DNA of 64,000 nucleotides from Nitrospinota bacterium (lineage in GTDB: Bacteria; Nitrospinota; Nitrospinia; Nitrospinales; VA-1): contig JACNKA010000060.1 in assembly GCA_014382285.1 (NCBI GenBank), forward strand, positions 6,987 through 70,986. The letters are read 5' to 3'. Shown here in pieces: positions 1 through 8,036 of this stretch. Positions within the stretch are counted from its first letter, which is position 1, and each line of letters starts with the position of its first letter. A program made the translations under genes and the position numbers. Under the pieces are notes generated by a model. The model was not told the DNA's origin and did no database searches. It was given only the letters and a program-made list of their open reading frames with translations.

Positions 1-1830
1 AACCTCTGCGCCAAAGGGCGCCTGGGACACGGCATCATTCATAACGACCAACGCATTGAATCCCCTCTCATGAATATGGGTGGGAGCTTTCAGGAAGTGA
101 CTTGGGAAGAAGCTCTGAAAACCATTGCCGACCGCATGCAAACAACGGTGAACCGCAGTGGACCTGATAGCCTTGCCGGGATTGCATCGGAAAAGTTGAT
201 GAATGAAGAGAATTACCTTTTTCAAAAATTATTCCGCAATCTACTTGGTTCCAATCAGGTTACCAACCTCGCTAGTTTAAGAGCGCCTTATCTGAACCAG
301 TTTATGCTGGACTGCTTTGCGAATGGAATCACATCACAACCAATCACTAAACTTCAAGAAGCAGATGTGGTGCTGGTTTTCAACTCCGACCTGCCGTCTG
401 AGTACCCGGTCGGAGGAAATTCTATTCGGTTCGGAACCACCTTCAGTCATACCGACTTATTGATTGCCAATCCAAGAAAAGTTGTTTTTGACAGCAACGC
501 CAAAGTCGATGTGCGAATGACTTACAAGCATGGCTCCGATTTGGCCGTGGCCTCTCGATTGTCACGCATCATAATCGACAACAATCTGGTCGATATTGCA
601 AAGGTGCAGTCTGCCATCCCCAACTATAACGAATGGGTACAGTCTTTAGCCGAGTATACCGCACAAGCGGTTGAGCAAACTACCGGCCTGCAGGATGACG
701 TTCTCACCCGCGCCGCAGAAAGGTTTGCAAGAGACGCGGATCGTTTTGTCATTATAGGAAACGATATTCTTGATACGGGTCAAGGCGAAGAGATTCTCAA
801 TGCCCTGCTCAACCTTTGCACCCTGGTTCAACAAGGAAGCGGTAGCACGAGCATTTATCCTCCAAGAGAGCATTGCAACTCTCAGGGCGTTAACGATATG
901 GGTTGTACTCCTGATTTTTTACCGGGCTATCAATCGATCAATGACTCTTCGGCTCTGGAAAAATTTACTGACGAATGGGGTGCCCTTTCTCTTAGCGACT
1001 CTAATCTCGCCGGAGACTTATTTCAAAATTGTATAAATGGCTCATTGAAATTCCTCTACATTGCGGGGGAAGATCCTCTTCAGTCCTATTTCAAACCCCA
1101 ATTGGTTAAAGAGGCTTTACGCACAGTGCCATTTCTGGTTGTCACCGATGTTTTTATGACCGACACCGCTAGAATGGCCGACCTGATTCTTCCTGCATCG
1201 ACCTTCGCAGAGAAAGAAGGCAGCTACACCAATATGTCTCGCCATGTTCAACGTGTCGCGCCCGCAGTAATTCCGCAAGGAATGTCCAAACCCGATTTCG
1301 ACATATTGATTGAGCTGGCAGATGCGCTGGGCAAACCTTTCAAAAATACAGATATTGCCAGTGTGCAACAGGAAATCGCAAATGTCACTCCAGCTTATAA
1401 GGGAGTTTTTCCAGGAAGCAAATCCATTCAGTGGACACCCGATTGCGCAAGCACGAACCCCAGGTTCCATAGCAATGGCAATTCAGCGGGACATAATGGC
1501 AAAGCTGAAGGTTTTCCCTTCACCCTGCAAACCAACAACCACATGTTCCACATAGGAAGCTACACCCAACACTCCAAAGCGCTAGTGGATATTGGGCCTG
1601 AGTGCATTGCCGAGTTGCATCCCGAAGATGCTCGAAATTTGGGCATCGATACAGGCGATCAGATTGTGGTTGAATCTTCCGTTGGCAAGCTAGAGGTCAA
1701 AGTCAAGACCAGCAAGGTGACCAGCCGGGGAATGCTGTATATCCCAAAAAACTGGACGACTGTACCTGTTAGTGCCTTACGAAATGGGGAAGAAGGCTTG
1801 ATTAGCGTAAAGATTTCTAAAGCAGACTAA
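1..1830 (+). CDS. nuoG: NuoG-like NADH-quinone oxidoreductase subunit (molybdopterin-oxidoreductase fold), 5' end cut by window edge
   Basis: Frame 1 is open from nt 1 (NLCAKGRLGHGIIHNDQRIESPL) into the 586-aa ORF. It shows the start of a MopB domain and a C-terminal molydopterin-binding barrel (AELHPEDARNLGI..GDQIVVES). Where formate dehydrogenases carry the Cys/Sec ligand it reads SLRAPY, which looks non-catalytic and NuoG-like. nuoD follows with an AGGA RBS. Confidence 0.8.
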   Translation, partial: NLCAKGRLGHGIIHNDQRIESPLMNMGGSFQEVTWEEALKTIADRMQTTVNRSGPDSLAGIASEKLMNEENYLFQKLFRNLLGSNQVTNLASLRAPYLNQFMLDCFANGITSQPITKLQEADVVLVFNSDLPSEYPVGGNSIRFGTTFSHTDLLIANPRKVVFDSNAKVDVRMTYKHGSDLAVASRLSRIIIDNNLVDIAKVQSAIPNYNEWVQSLAEYTAQAVEQTTGLQDDVLTRAAERFARDADRFVIIGNDILDTGQGEEILNALLNLCTLVQQGSGSTSIYPPREHCNSQGVNDMGCTPDFLPGYQSINDSSALEKFTDEWGALSLSDSNLAGDLFQNCINGSLKFLYIAGEDPLQSYFKPQLVKEALRTVPFLVVTDVFMTDTARMADLILPASTFAEKEGSYTNMSRHVQRVAPAVIPQGMSKPDFDILIELADALGKPFKNTDIASVQQEIANVTPAYKGVFPGSKSIQWTPDCASTNPRFHSNGNSAGHNGKAEGFPFTLQTNNHMFHIGSYTQHSKALVDIGPECIAELHPEDARNLGIDTGDQIVVESSVGKLEVKVKTSKVTSRGMLYIPKNWTTVPVSALRNGEEGLISVKISKAD

Positions 1831-1864
1831 CTTTAAATCACTTTATCCCGGTAACAGGATCGTT

Positions 1865-3055
1865 ATGGCAGACTTAAAAGAAAATCTACACACCGACCAT
1901 ATGGTCCTGAATATGGGCCCTTCGCATCCAGCCACACATGGGACAGTAAAGTTTCTCCTGACTCTGGATGGAGAAACAGTCGTCAACCTGGAAACCGAAA
2001 TTGGTTATCTGCATCGTGGCTTTGAAAAGATGTGCGAGAGCGTGACCTACTCGAATGTGTTTCCCTACACCGATCGGTTGAATTATTGTTCTGCCATCAT
2101 GAATAATATTGGCTTTGCACTGGCTGTAGAAAAGCTCTGCAACATCGAAATAACTGAGCGTTGCAAATACATCCGTGTTGTCACCAATGAGCTTTCACGA
2201 ATTTCAGATCATTACACGAATATAGCCGCTGCGGCACTGGAACTGGGAGCATTGACCGCTTTTATTTATTTTGTAGAAGCCCGCGAAATCGTCTGGGATT
2301 TATTGGAAAAAGTTTGCGGTGCTCGCCTGACCTCAAACTATATCCGCATTGGTGGCCTGATGTGTGATTTGCCACCAGGCTTCGATGAAGATCTTGAAGC
2401 TAGTTACCCCAAACTCGACTCACTGTTTGAAGACGTAGACAATCTTCTGACCAAAAACCGGATCTTCATAGACCGGATGGCAGACACCGGTGCTATCCCG
2501 GTAGAAAGTGCCATTTCATGGGGCTTCACCGGCCCATGCCTACGTGCCAGCGGGGTCGATTACGATGTTCGCAAGAACCATCCTTACCTTTGCTACGATA
2601 AAATAGATTTTGATATTCCTCTGGGAAAAACTGGCGACAATTTCGATCGGTATCTCGTCCGAATGGAAGAGATCAAACAAAGTTTCAGGATCATTAAGCA
2701 GGCAATGCGAGATATGCCAGATGGCCCCATCAATGTTGCCAATCCCTATTTGCGTAGTCCGGCCAAGCCCGATGTCTATGCCCGGATGGAAGAAATGATC
2801 GCTCATTTCAAAATGGTCATTGATGGAATCAAGCCTCCTGTTGGGGAGGTCTATTTTCCGACTGAAGCCGCAAACGGTGAGTTGGGTTTCTATCTGGTCA
2901 GTGATGGCTCAGGCAAGCCCTACAAATGTCGGGTTCGCCCCCCCTCTTTCACCCTGACCGCCGCAATGGGTGAGATGTGCAAAGGTGCAATGCTTGCCGA
3001 CATCATCCCCACCTTCGACATGATCAATATGATCGGTGGTGAGTGCGACAGGTAG
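1865..3055 (+). CDS. nuoD: NADH-quinone oxidoreductase subunit D (49-kDa subunit)
   Basis: LNMGPSHPATHGTVKF, GYLHRGFEKMCE, YTDRLNYCS and the C-terminal GGECDR are typical of NuoD. The NiFe-hydrogenase Cys ligands are absent. At 396 aa the length fits. Confidence 0.93.
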   Translation: MADLKENLHTDHMVLNMGPSHPATHGTVKFLLTLDGETVVNLETEIGYLHRGFEKMCESVTYSNVFPYTDRLNYCSAIMNNIGFALAVEKLCNIEITERCKYIRVVTNELSRISDHYTNIAAAALELGALTAFIYFVEAREIVWDLLEKVCGARLTSNYIRIGGLMCDLPPGFDEDLEASYPKLDSLFEDVDNLLTKNRIFIDRMADTGAIPVESAISWGFTGPCLRASGVDYDVRKNHPYLCYDKIDFDIPLGKTGDNFDRYLVRMEEIKQSFRIIKQAMRDMPDGPINVANPYLRSPAKPDVYARMEEMIAHFKMVIDGIKPPVGEVYFPTEAANGELGFYLVSDGSGKPYKCRVRPPSFTLTAAMGEMCKGAMLADIIPTFDMINMIGGECDR

Positions 3056-3303
3056 AACCGTATCAATAATCACTTCCTCCACTCCATCTTATTAAAACAT
3101 CCCCGACTCTTTAAACCACTCTGGGTAGCCACCTTAAAAAACGCATAGGTATTCCGTCGATCAAAAATTTATTTAGCTCCAGATCAAACTGGAAAACCTA
3201 CGAGAATGATTTGTTGATCAAAAAAAGATTTAATGCCGGGTGGGTTTGGCGTTAGGATGGAAAAGGCCCGCCACTAACCGTGGAGCCGATTCCTTAGTCA
3301 TCG

Positions 3304-3330
3304 TGCCCCGAAAGGGGCAATAACTTTTCT
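3304..3330 (+). terminator. Candidate intrinsic terminator ~250 nt downstream of nuoD
   Basis: TGCCCC-GAAA-GGGGCA hairpin (GNRA loop) followed by ATAACTTTTCT. The U-tract is interrupted and the site is far from the nuoD stop. Confidence 0.3.
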
Positions 3331-3364
3331 ATCAAAAAAATGGGTGGCTTGATGAGGTCTTGCT

Positions 3365-3383
3365 CCACGCCCAACGGGCGTGG
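3365..3383 (-). terminator. GC-rich hairpin immediately 3' of the tatA stop (non-canonical terminator or RNA-stability element)
   Basis: CCACGCCC-GTT-GGGCGTGG begins 5 nt after the TAA of tatA on the minus strand. No U-tract follows directly. Confidence 0.25.
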
Positions 3384-3388
3384 CCCGG

Positions 3389-3850
3389 TTAAAAGGTGTC
3401 CCGAGAAATTCCCCGATCACGCCCTCTTCCACCTGGAGTACGACCTAAAGATGTGGTGAAGACATCCCCTTGCTGAACCAGACCATCGTGCTTAGTCCTG
3501 ATAGTTCCAATTCGGTTTTTTTCGATCTCTTTGGCGGCTTCGTCAATCAGGTCTTCTTCTTTTTTTGCCGCTTTCGTTTTAGCTACTGGCTTGGCCCCCT
3601 CTTTAGCCACGGTGCCCTCGCCTTCGCTTGTTCCTTCTGCCGGTTCTGATGCCTCTGCGGTTTCACCCTCTGTGGTTTCACCAGAGGTTTCCGCACCCAG
3701 TTCTTCGGCCTCGGCCTCTTTCATAGAGCTTTTAAAGTTCTTGATACTTCTTCCAAACGCCGAACCAATTTCCGGCAACTTTCCGGCCCCAAAAATGATC
3801 ATAATAATGACCAGAATTACCATTAACTCAGGAAAACCTATTCCCATCAT
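3389..3850 (-). CDS. tatA: Twin-arginine translocase subunit TatA/E with a long C-terminal tail
   Basis: MMGIGFPELMVILVIIMIIFGAGKLPEIGSAFGRSIKNFK is the canonical TatA TM helix plus amphipathic helix. The remaining ~100 aa is an acidic (E/T/G/S) then basic tail. Confidence 0.85.
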   Translation of the reverse strand: MMGIGFPELMVILVIIMIIFGAGKLPEIGSAFGRSIKNFKSSMKEAEAEELGAETSGETTEGETAEASEPAEGTSEGEGTVAKEGAKPVAKTKAAKKEEDLIDEAAKEIEKNRIGTIRTKHDGLVQQGDVFTTSLGRTPGGRGRDRGISRDTF

Positions 3851-3995
3851 AAGCTTTTTCTCCTTTTGACTGATCCGATTTGAATGTCAGTCTAGCAAAA
3901 TAAATGCTGAATTGACAGGAATTTAGTGGCCCTGGCATGGTGCCAACCGGCTTTAATCTTCCAATTAATATCTGCCTGAATTACCCAACAAAAAC

Positions 3996-4034
3996 TCAAA
4001 AATAAAACGGGAACCTGGTATTTCCAGGTTCCCG
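3996..4034 (-). terminator. Rho-independent terminator of the 4057-4416 gene
   Basis: Perfect 11-bp stem CGGGAACCTGG / CCAGGTTCCCG with a 5-nt loop (4008-4034), followed on the minus strand by TTTTATTTTT. Confidence 0.85.
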
Positions 4035-4056
4035 CATCAAAATCACCAAAACTGTC

Positions 4057-4416
4057 TTAATGTCCCAAATGACCGTTCAAAATGGGAGAATCCAGAATCT
4101 TTTTATTTCCATTAGCGAGCTTTTTGGCTTTCGCAAAATGCTTGGTAGCCGCACCATGGTCTCCCAGTTTATCCAAAGCCACCGCTTCATTAAAATGTAT
4201 TTCTGCTATTGAACTGTCTTCCCCTGCCGCTTCTTTGAAATGCTTCAATGCTTCGTCAGCATGCCCCATCCCCCAATGCTTGATCCCCGCTTTGTTATGC
4301 ATGTCAGCACCGGGGTTAGATCCCGCAGGAAGTTCCATGGGTCCCTCGCCAGCAAAAGCCATGAGAGGAAAAGAAATCAGAAGCAAGGCAAACAAAACTG
4401 AAAATACGGTTTTCAT
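4057..4416 (-). CDS. Small secreted His-rich TPR-like protein
   Basis: Sec-type signal peptide (MKTVFSVLFALLLISFPLMAFA). TPR-like helices (ADEALKHFKEA, AEIHFNEAVALDKLGDHGAATKHFAKA). Several His residues including a C-terminal HLGH. It has its own terminator. Confidence 0.6.
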   Translation of the reverse strand: MKTVFSVLFALLLISFPLMAFAGEGPMELPAGSNPGADMHNKAGIKHWGMGHADEALKHFKEAAGEDSSIAEIHFNEAVALDKLGDHGAATKHFAKAKKLANGNKKILDSPILNGHLGH

Positions 4417-4615
4417 ATCACAACTCCCTTAATGTTAAGTTTCCAGTCACCTAAAAAATACTGAGTAAGGTTTTATCTAATTTAGCATATTTATGGGTTC
4501 AAATTGAATCTCATAAAATGATATTGTTATATTTGACCCCGTTCAGCAATAAGTTTATGATAAGCTGTTTTTAGCAAAGTATTGTATTTAATGAATTTTT
4601 TCGTCTCATTTTTTT

Positions 4616-5110
4616 ATGTCCGAAGAACAAATTATTGATCTAGACAAGCTGATTTCCGATAGGACGGAAAGAGGGGTCGTGGATGTCAGTCTTAATCTGG
4701 AAAACAAAAAACTGGGCGATGATGAGATCATTCGACTGGCAGAAAACGAAAATCTGGCTGAAGTGACCCACTTGGAACTGGGAGAAAATAGTATCAGCGA
4801 TACTGGCGTGTCAGCGCTTTGCCAGTCCCCTTACCTGAAAAAATTAAAATCATTAAGTTTAAAATCCAATAATATAACTGAAGCAGGAGCTCAACATTTA
4901 GCCCACGCATCCAACCTGACCCAACTGGAACAACTGGTTTTAAAATTCAATCGCATCGGGGAAGAGGGAGCAAAATATCTGGCTCAATCAGAAACCCTTA
5001 CAAACCTGACCACATTAGATCTCTTTCGCAACCATATTGGAGAAGCAGGAGCCAAAGCCATTAAAGCCTCAAAAAACTTCAGGAGAGTGAGCCGTCTCAG
5101 GCTCGACTAA
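4616..5110 (+). CDS. Leucine-rich repeat protein, ribonuclease-inhibitor (RNI)-like repeats
   Basis: About 28-residue repeats of the form LxxLxLxxNxI(g/s)dxGaxxLaxs, e.g. THLELGENSISDTGVSAL, LSLKSNNITEAGAQHL, LVLKFNRIGEEGAKYL, LDLFRNHIGEAGAKAI. Confidence 0.75.
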   Translation: MSEEQIIDLDKLISDRTERGVVDVSLNLENKKLGDDEIIRLAENENLAEVTHLELGENSISDTGVSALCQSPYLKKLKSLSLKSNNITEAGAQHLAHASNLTQLEQLVLKFNRIGEEGAKYLAQSETLTNLTTLDLFRNHIGEAGAKAIKASKNFRRVSRLRLD

Positions 5111-5117
5111 ATTGCCA

Positions 5118-5540
5118 ATGGATTTATCCAGAGCCTATCCCCGTAGCCCGAAACTGAAAATGTCCGGCCTGGTACACTTGGCGCGCGTGATAGATAAAGC
5201 CCGAGCTTTTAGAGAAAACAAGATGGCGGACTATATTTATCCCTGCCCCTTGGACAAAATCATATTGAACTTCCTGCGTATCGATTCTGATGCATTCGCA
5301 ATTAAAGCTATGGAGTGCGGAGATGATGAAATTAGTGCATGGTCCCAGGAAATACTTAAAGATAAAAAATCCGAAGAGCTCGATTTCATCAATGATCAGA
5401 TTCTTGAACGAAGGCCTGACTCTGAGGACCGACTAAAATATTTCCAGGAAGTTCGCGACAGGATTGATCCTTCAAGGGAAGACATCAACACATGGGTCGA
5501 CCTTCTGGATCTGGAAGAAGGCCGCTTGCCACCAAAATAA
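5118..5540 (+). CDS. DUF5069-like protein of unknown function
   Basis: The N-terminus (DLSRAYPRSPKLKMSGLVHLARVIDKARA) matches my memory of the DUF5069 family. The track ORF starts at TTG 5112, but ATG 5118 is more likely. It lies 7 nt after the LRR stop, so the two genes are probably co-transcribed. Confidence 0.55.
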   Translation: MDLSRAYPRSPKLKMSGLVHLARVIDKARAFRENKMADYIYPCPLDKIILNFLRIDSDAFAIKAMECGDDEISAWSQEILKDKKSEELDFINDQILERRPDSEDRLKYFQEVRDRIDPSREDINTWVDLLDLEEGRLPPK

Positions 5541-5620
5541 TTTCTTTCAATATTTTTAGCGCGTGTAATCACTATCCCTTTTACCAGCCTGTTCCCCGCT
5601 TGACGTTATAACGATTGACC

Positions 5621-8008
5621 ATGAAAAAATCACTGAAAAACCAGAAACCCAACAAACTAAAAAAGAAAAAGGAACGTTCCAAGTTTGTAAAAGTTTTCCT
5701 AATCACGTTTTATTCTCTCACCCTTTTTAGTTTGGTCGCAGGTTTTATCGGAGCCGGCTTCATTTATTTTCACTATTCTAAAGACCTTCCAGATGTTCGT
5801 GAGTTAAGAAATTATCATCCCAGCACCATCACCCAGATTTATTCAAGTGGTGATGAAAAAATTGCTGAGTTTTATATAGAAAAGCGCATTATGATTCCGC
5901 TTGAAGATATCCCTCTGGCCTTGAAGCAAGCCGCTCTGGCAGTTGAAGACTCCAACTTCTACTATCATTTTGGCATTGATCCTAAGGCTATATTCAGGGC
6001 TTTCATCACCAATCTAAAGGCCGGTTACGTGGTTGAGGGTGGCAGCACCATCACCCAGCAGTTATCCAAAACGCTATTTCTATCCCGCGAGCGAACTTTA
6101 CCCCGGAAAATCAAGGAAGCTATTCTAGCCGTCAGGTTGGAACTGGTTTTCACCAAAGATGAGATACTCGAAATGTATCTCAACCAGATTTATTACGGAC
6201 ATGGTAGTTATGGTGTGGAAGCGGCCTCCCGCACCTATTTTGGCAAAGGTGTTGCGGATACTAGCATCGCGGAATGCGCCCTGCTTGCCAGCCTCCCAAA
6301 AGCTCCCAATCACTACTCACCGTATAAAGACCCGGAACGAGCGCGCAAAAGAAGAAATCATACCATTCGAAGAATGGCCTACCTTTCCTTTATTACCAAG
6401 GAAGAATCTAAACTGGCCATGGAAGAAGAATTTCACCTCGGCGAAGTCACCGACATGCTCAACAGAGCACCCTATTTTGTGGAGCACATTCGACAGTTTC
6501 TTGAAGAGAAATTCGGCAGTAGTAAACTTTATCGTGGAGGTTTAAAAGTTTATACCACGCTGGATATCGACCTTCAGGAATCCGCCCAGAACGCTGTCAT
6601 AGAAAACCTGAGAGTCGCCGACAAACGATATGGCTATCGAGGCCCGTTAGGCACCCTGTATTTATCCAATGGGGAAGTGGCCAACCAGGAAGCTCTCATC
6701 AAAATGAACAGTTTTGAAGAGGGTGAAAGCATCACCGAAGGGAAGATTATCAAGGGTGTGGTTTGGTCAGTGGGTAATAAACAAGCAGAGGTTCTTTTAG
6801 GCCCCGATCAGGGGACCATAGATATTCTCGATATGAACTGGGCAAGGCCTCCAAATACCCGACTGGATGGAAAATGGGCCAGAATAAAAAACCCAGGTGA
6901 AGCTCTTGCCCCGGGAGATTTGATTTGGGTAAAACCATTAAGGCTAAAAGATGGCGGATGGGAACTGGCCTTGGAACAGGAACCCAAAGTGGAAGGTAGT
7001 CTGGTAAGTCTGGACCCAAAAACCGGTCAACTCAAGGCTATGGTCGGAGGTTATGACTTCTCCAAGAGCCAGTTTAACCGAGCCGTGCAGGCTATTCGAC
7101 AACCCGGCTCCGCATTCAAACCTATTATTTATGCTGCGGCCATCCAAGAAGGCTATTCTCCTTCCAGTATCATCATAGACTCGCCGATAATTTTCAAAGA
7201 GAAGGAGGATGCTTTCGACAGATGGAAACCTGTGAATTTTGAGGAAAAGTTTTACGGACCGACATCCCTGAGAACCGCCCTCACCCACTCCCGCAATGTC
7301 GTGACGGTCAAACTCATGCAAAGCATTGGTATAAAGGGAACCATCAACCTGGCAAAGAGTTTGGGAATCTCCAGCAATATGGAAAAAAACCTATCTATTT
7401 CACTGGGGTCATCCGGGTTAACATTGTTTGAACTCACATCTGCCTATTCAGCATTTGCCAATAACGGAACCCTGATCAAACCCAGTGCAATCAGAAATAT
7501 TCAAAATCGTAAAGGAGAAGTTCTATACACCTCGACCCCTGAAATTACCCAGCCGATCTCGCCAGACGTTGCATATATCATCACCAGCTTATTGCAAAGT
7601 GTCGTGGAGCATGGAACCGGGAAAAAGGTCAAATCGCTCAACCGGCCTGTAGCGGGTAAAACAGGCACAACAAACAATTACGTAGATGCGTGGTTTATGG
7701 GATACACACCCGAGCTGGTGACCGGAGTCTGGGTGGGTAAGGATAAAGATGAGCCCCTGGGAAAAAATGAAACAGGGTCCCGTACAGCCATACCTATCTG
7801 GCTACAATTCATGCAAGAAGCGCTTGTCAACAAACCCATCATCAATTTTCAAGCACCAAGAAATATTCAATATTTAAGGATCCAACCGGAAACGGGTGAA
7901 CCGGCTTCATTTAACGAGCCTAACTCTGAGTTCGAAATCTTCTCACAGGATCACCTCCCTGAAAATGAAGAACCTTTTCTTGAGGGTTTACTGAAAGACA
8001 CATTCTGA
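5621..8008 (+). CDS. mrcA: Class A penicillin-binding protein 1A (glycosyltransferase + transpeptidase)
   Basis: N-terminal TM anchor. GT51 motifs EDSNFYYHFGID, GGSTITQQ and RKIKEA. Transpeptidase motifs SAFKP (SxxK), SRN and KTGTT. ATG 5621 is preferred over TTG 5615. Confidence 0.93.
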   Translation: MKKSLKNQKPNKLKKKKERSKFVKVFLITFYSLTLFSLVAGFIGAGFIYFHYSKDLPDVRELRNYHPSTITQIYSSGDEKIAEFYIEKRIMIPLEDIPLALKQAALAVEDSNFYYHFGIDPKAIFRAFITNLKAGYVVEGGSTITQQLSKTLFLSRERTLPRKIKEAILAVRLELVFTKDEILEMYLNQIYYGHGSYGVEAASRTYFGKGVADTSIAECALLASLPKAPNHYSPYKDPERARKRRNHTIRRMAYLSFITKEESKLAMEEEFHLGEVTDMLNRAPYFVEHIRQFLEEKFGSSKLYRGGLKVYTTLDIDLQESAQNAVIENLRVADKRYGYRGPLGTLYLSNGEVANQEALIKMNSFEEGESITEGKIIKGVVWSVGNKQAEVLLGPDQGTIDILDMNWARPPNTRLDGKWARIKNPGEALAPGDLIWVKPLRLKDGGWELALEQEPKVEGSLVSLDPKTGQLKAMVGGYDFSKSQFNRAVQAIRQPGSAFKPIIYAAAIQEGYSPSSIIIDSPIIFKEKEDAFDRWKPVNFEEKFYGPTSLRTALTHSRNVVTVKLMQSIGIKGTINLAKSLGISSNMEKNLSISLGSSGLTLFELTSAYSAFANNGTLIKPSAIRNIQNRKGEVLYTSTPEITQPISPDVAYIITSLLQSVVEHGTGKKVKSLNRPVAGKTGTTNNYVDAWFMGYTPELVTGVWVGKDKDEPLGKNETGSRTAIPIWLQFMQEALVNKPIINFQAPRNIQYLRIQPETGEPASFNEPNSEFEIFSQDHLPENEEPFLEGLLKDTF

Positions 8009-8036
8009 AGCTATGGGGGAAGTACTACGAGACCAC

